A stretch of DNA of 64,000 bases. Origin: an uncultured archaeon. GTDB lineage: Archaea; Aenigmatarchaeota; Aenigmatarchaeia; CG10238-14; SCSR01. Below the pieces are notes generated by a model. That model was not told the DNA's origin. It was given only the letters and a program-made list of their open reading frames with translations, and did no database searches. The stretch lies in NCBI GenBank assembly GCA_964372485.1, contig CAYJQI010000001.1:128001-192000 (forward strand), given 5' to 3'. The position numbers and the translations under genes are program-made. This document shows, one piece after another, positions 61,162 through 64,000 of the stretch; positions within the stretch are counted from its first letter, which is position 1; each line of letters starts with the position of its first letter.

Positions 61162-64000
61162 ATGCATTTGAAACAGTTTAAAAATTATCAGAAGAAAACT
61201 CTGTTATTTGTATTTATTGTAACGTTGATTGGATTTGGATCAATTGTTGTCGCAGATGATAATTACAAACCATATATTCACAAAGCCAATGTACCAGACC
61301 ATCCAAAGATAAAATTATACGGAAGTTATCAAACAAATTTATTTCCCGGAGCTGCAACATATTCATATCCTATAGAAGTGCCTCAGGGAACAAATGGTCT
61401 ACAACCTTCAATATCAATATCATACAATAGTCAAACCGCAAAACAGAGACCTGGGATACTGGGTGCTGGATGGTCATTGACACAAAACTACATATACAGA
61501 GATGTTAATTCGACTCCAAGTAATACAACCGATGATGAATTCAAATTAATTCTGAATGGAGGTTTCTATGATCTGGTATATGACTCTTCAGATAGTTTAC
61601 ATCATACTAAAATAGAATCATTCTTTAGAATACAGAATTTAACTGGCGCACCTAATACATACGGAACGTATTGGGTCGTTACTACAAAAGAGGGAACACA
61701 ATTTAGATTTGGTTATAATACAGATTCAGAATTAGCATCAAATACAGGAAGAAATTACGCTTTGAGATGGAGTCTGGATCAAGTTCAGGATACGCATGAT
61801 AATAAGATATTCTATTCGTACTCAGAAAATCCCAATACAATGGACAATGGCACATCATATATTTCTCAAATTCTTTACAATAATGACCAGAAAAGAAAAG
61901 TTAGTTTTGTATACGAAACCTCTGTCAGACCTGATGTAAGGACTATATATGATCAAGGAAATTTGCTGAATGAAACTAGAAGACTCTCGGAAATTAGGAT
62001 TCTTGTGAATGACAGTTTGGTTAGAAAATATCAGTTTGAGTATTCAAACCTGACAGGAGAAAGATCTGTATCAGCATTATCGAAAATAAAGTTTATTGGT
62101 GCAGACAACTCCTCTATATTGCATCAGATTTTATTTGATTATCATGCAAGCACATCACAATACACGAATGCATCGAATTTATATGAACCACCTCCATCTC
62201 CTTACCTGTTTGACGCAATAGGTGCAATCGACGAAGGTGTAAGGCTTGTAGATTTCAATAACGACGGTTTTGTTGATATTGTAAAGGGAGACGCGTCATC
62301 ACCAGCCACGAAAAAATCATGGTTCAATAATAGAACTGGATGGAACGAAACTACTTCCTGGATATTGCCTGAATATATTGTGGATAGCAGTAACACGGAT
62401 AATGGAATAAGGTTTGTTGACTTTGATGGTGATGGTTTCTTAGACATACTTCGAGGTAACAATGGACTTAGGAATGCATGGAGGAATAACGGTACTGGAT
62501 GGGTGAACGCATCATCCGTATGGAATCCTCCAATTGATTTTTACACCGGTGGTGAGCTTGGGGTTGTGTTGATAGATTTCAACGGTGATGGTAGAACTGA
62601 TATCCTGAAAGCAAGTAACACACATGGCAACCAATCTTACATGAACAACGGAAACGGGTGGACAAATACAACTTCTCAATGGCAGTCGCCAGATTATTTT
62701 CTATTTGCAACCAATGATGCAGGCAGCAGAATTGAGGATGTCAATGCAGATGGTCTGCCTGATATTATCAGAGGATATGATAGGGAAGTTAATGTTAGAA
62801 AGACATGGCTGAATAACGGAAGTGGATGGACTCTGCATGATGTATGGAGTCCTCCTGTGGTGTTCACTTCGAATGCAAAAACTGATACAGGTGTAAGATT
62901 TTGGGATGTTAATGGAGACGGGCTTCCTGATCTTATTGAAGATTATGCAGATGCAACAGAAACTGTAACACATGCTTATATAAATAATGGCAACGGATGG
63001 ACTCAGAATGATTCCTGGGTATCTCCTGAACATTTCACTGTTAACGGCAGGAATTATGGCAGAAGGCTTGCTGATGCAAATGGTGATGGATTTGCAGATA
63101 TAATCATATCTTATACTGAAAGTGGTGTGACACAAAGGTACACTCAAGTGAAGAACTTTTCCACACCTTTCATGCTCAAGAGTATCACAAACGAACTGGG
63201 AGGTGTGACAACAATCTCCTATGGAAATTCCACATCATTCAACAATACAGGAAATGACTCGCTATCTGACATCGGCTTCAATGTCTTTGTGGTGAAGAAT
63301 ATCACATACAACAACTCATTGTCCGGTGCATTTAATTCACTCTTCAATTATTCCTACAATTATTCCGGGGGCAGGTATGACTACAATGATACCGACTTTA
63401 GGGGATTTGCTGTTGTAAATGAAACATTGCCGGATAGCTCTCTTATCATTCACCGGTTCCATCAGGATGACGCTCTTAAGGGCAGGGAATATCTTACAGA
63501 AGTTTACAATTCTTCCGGAAGTATTTTCTCCGAGGATGAAACCCTATTCAATTTCACAAATACAACTGTGAATGTTACGGGGAATTACTTTAAAGTTTTC
63601 ACTGCCGCGCAGATCAGCTACAGCCATGATGGAAGTTCGACAAATCCGAGAATAACCAATGTCACGTATGCTTACGATAGCTTTGGCAATGTCATCAGCA
63701 GAAGACTTCTTGGTGATGTGAATGCAAGCGGGGATGAAAAGTATGAGAATTACTCCTATGTGATTAACACGACGAACTGGATTGTTGACAAATTGAGTTT
63801 GTACAGATTATTCTCAGACAACTCCACGAAAGTTAAGGAGATTAAATATTCCTATGACGGGCAAGTATTCAATAAGAATGCAACGAAAGGCGATGTTACT
63901 GCTGTTGAACAGTGGAACAGCAACGGCACTCATCCGATTGCGAGATTTGAGTATGATGGGTTTGGAAATGTAATCAAGGAGATAGATCCTCTCGGAAGGC
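61162..64000 (+). CDS. Tc-toxin TcB/TcC-like / Rhs-family protein, 5' partial (SpvB N-domain, FG-GAP/VCBS propeller, TcdB-mid, YD repeats)
   Basis: Not in the ORF track because it has no stop in the window. My translation from ATG 61162 stays open for 946 codons: MHLKQFKNYQKKTLLFVFIVTLIGFGSIVVA.., ..YSYPIEVPQGTNGLQPSISISYNSQ..GAGWSL.., six D-x-N-x-DG-x-x-D loops, PFMLKSITNELGGVTTISY, DFRGFAVV, YAYDSFGNVISR, FEYDGFGNVIKEIDPLGR. Confidence 0.85.
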   Translation, partial: MHLKQFKNYQKKTLLFVFIVTLIGFGSIVVADDNYKPYIHKANVPDHPKIKLYGSYQTNLFPGAATYSYPIEVPQGTNGLQPSISISYNSQTAKQRPGILGAGWSLTQNYIYRDVNSTPSNTTDDEFKLILNGGFYDLVYDSSDSLHHTKIESFFRIQNLTGAPNTYGTYWVVTTKEGTQFRFGYNTDSELASNTGRNYALRWSLDQVQDTHDNKIFYSYSENPNTMDNGTSYISQILYNNDQKRKVSFVYETSVRPDVRTIYDQGNLLNETRRLSEIRILVNDSLVRKYQFEYSNLTGERSVSALSKIKFIGADNSSILHQILFDYHASTSQYTNASNLYEPPPSPYLFDAIGAIDEGVRLVDFNNDGFVDIVKGDASSPATKKSWFNNRTGWNETTSWILPEYIVDSSNTDNGIRFVDFDGDGFLDILRGNNGLRNAWRNNGTGWVNASSVWNPPIDFYTGGELGVVLIDFNGDGRTDILKASNTHGNQSYMNNGNGWTNTTSQWQSPDYFLFATNDAGSRIEDVNADGLPDIIRGYDREVNVRKTWLNNGSGWTLHDVWSPPVVFTSNAKTDTGVRFWDVNGDGLPDLIEDYADATETVTHAYINNGNGWTQNDSWVSPEHFTVNGRNYGRRLADANGDGFADIIISYTESGVTQRYTQVKNFSTPFMLKSITNELGGVTTISYGNSTSFNNTGNDSLSDIGFNVFVVKNITYNNSLSGAFNSLFNYSYNYSGGRYDYNDTDFRGFAVVNETLPDSSLIIHRFHQDDALKGREYLTEVYNSSGSIFSEDETLFNFTNTTVNVTGNYFKVFTAAQISYSHDGSSTNPRITNVTYAYDSFGNVISRRLLGDVNASGDEKYENYSYVINTTNWIVDKLSLYRLFSDNSTKVKEIKYSYDGQVFNKNATKGDVTAVEQWNSNGTHPIARFEYDGFGNVIKEIDPLGR

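Noticed and set aside
62202-63147. Two minus-strand ORFs (62202..62462 and 62701..63147)
   Set aside because: Both are antisense within the long open + frame encoding FG-GAP-type repeats of the Rhs-like protein. They are stop-free by chance in a locally less AT-rich stretch.
1-64000. Search for CRISPR arrays, rRNA genes, IS elements/transposases and long direct or inverted DNA repeats
   Set aside because: Reading both strands showed no regularly spaced repeats, no rRNA-like stretch, no transposase- or integrase-like translation and no long non-coding gap. The largest gap is about 210 nt, at 58958-59171. The only DNA-level repetition is between paralogous gene 5' ends (pilins, membrane paralogues).

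Overview
AT-rich, very gene-dense archaeal chromosomal window. Archaeal markers read from the translations are Alba, an HMf-type histone, RadA, RPA, ribosomal proteins eS1/S3Ae and uS15, Bud32, diphthine synthase, Trm5 and AglB. Tight packing (many 1-4 nt start/stop overlaps) and many orphan membrane or secreted proteins suggest a small-genome DPANN-like archaeon; this is inference only. Layout: (1) 1-4.7 kb holds pcm (partial, missed by the ORF track), albA, an orphan and an 864-aa Cys-rich membrane protein. (2) 4.7-16.0 kb, minus strand, is a 14-gene type IV pilus-like operon. It has a FlaI/GspE-type ATPase, a FlaJ/TadC-type platform protein and about 12 proteins with prepilin-like (class III) N-termini, including small disulfide-rich pilins and two pilin-like proteins over 560 aa. 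(3) 16.1-20.0 kb holds two coiled-coil proteins, a cupredoxin-like protein and four tandem paralogues of a membrane protein family I do not recognise. (4) 20.0-30.6 kb is housekeeping: dph5, trm5, tRNA-Leu(CAG) with an oversized D-loop, an S2P protease, rps3ae, rps15, bud32, radA, RPA and a histone. (5) 30.9-59.0 kb is a roughly 28-kb glycosylation / surface-glycan island. It contains AglB, a second GT-C enzyme, an AglH-like phosphotransferase, two flippases, six GT-A/GT-B glycosyltransferases, five methyltransferases, a likely GDP-perosamine route and a likely dTDP C-methyl amino-sugar route. (6) 59.0-64.0 kb holds a small RHH-like ORF, a LamG-type secreted protein loaded with N-glycosylation sequons, and the first 946 codons of a Tc-toxin BC / Rhs-type protein running off the window. 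That protein (SpvB, FG-GAP propeller, TcdB-mid and YD repeats) is absent from the ORF track and is the most unusual item. I saw no rRNA, CRISPR array, transposase or integrase. All family assignments rest on motif recognition by eye; no searches were run.
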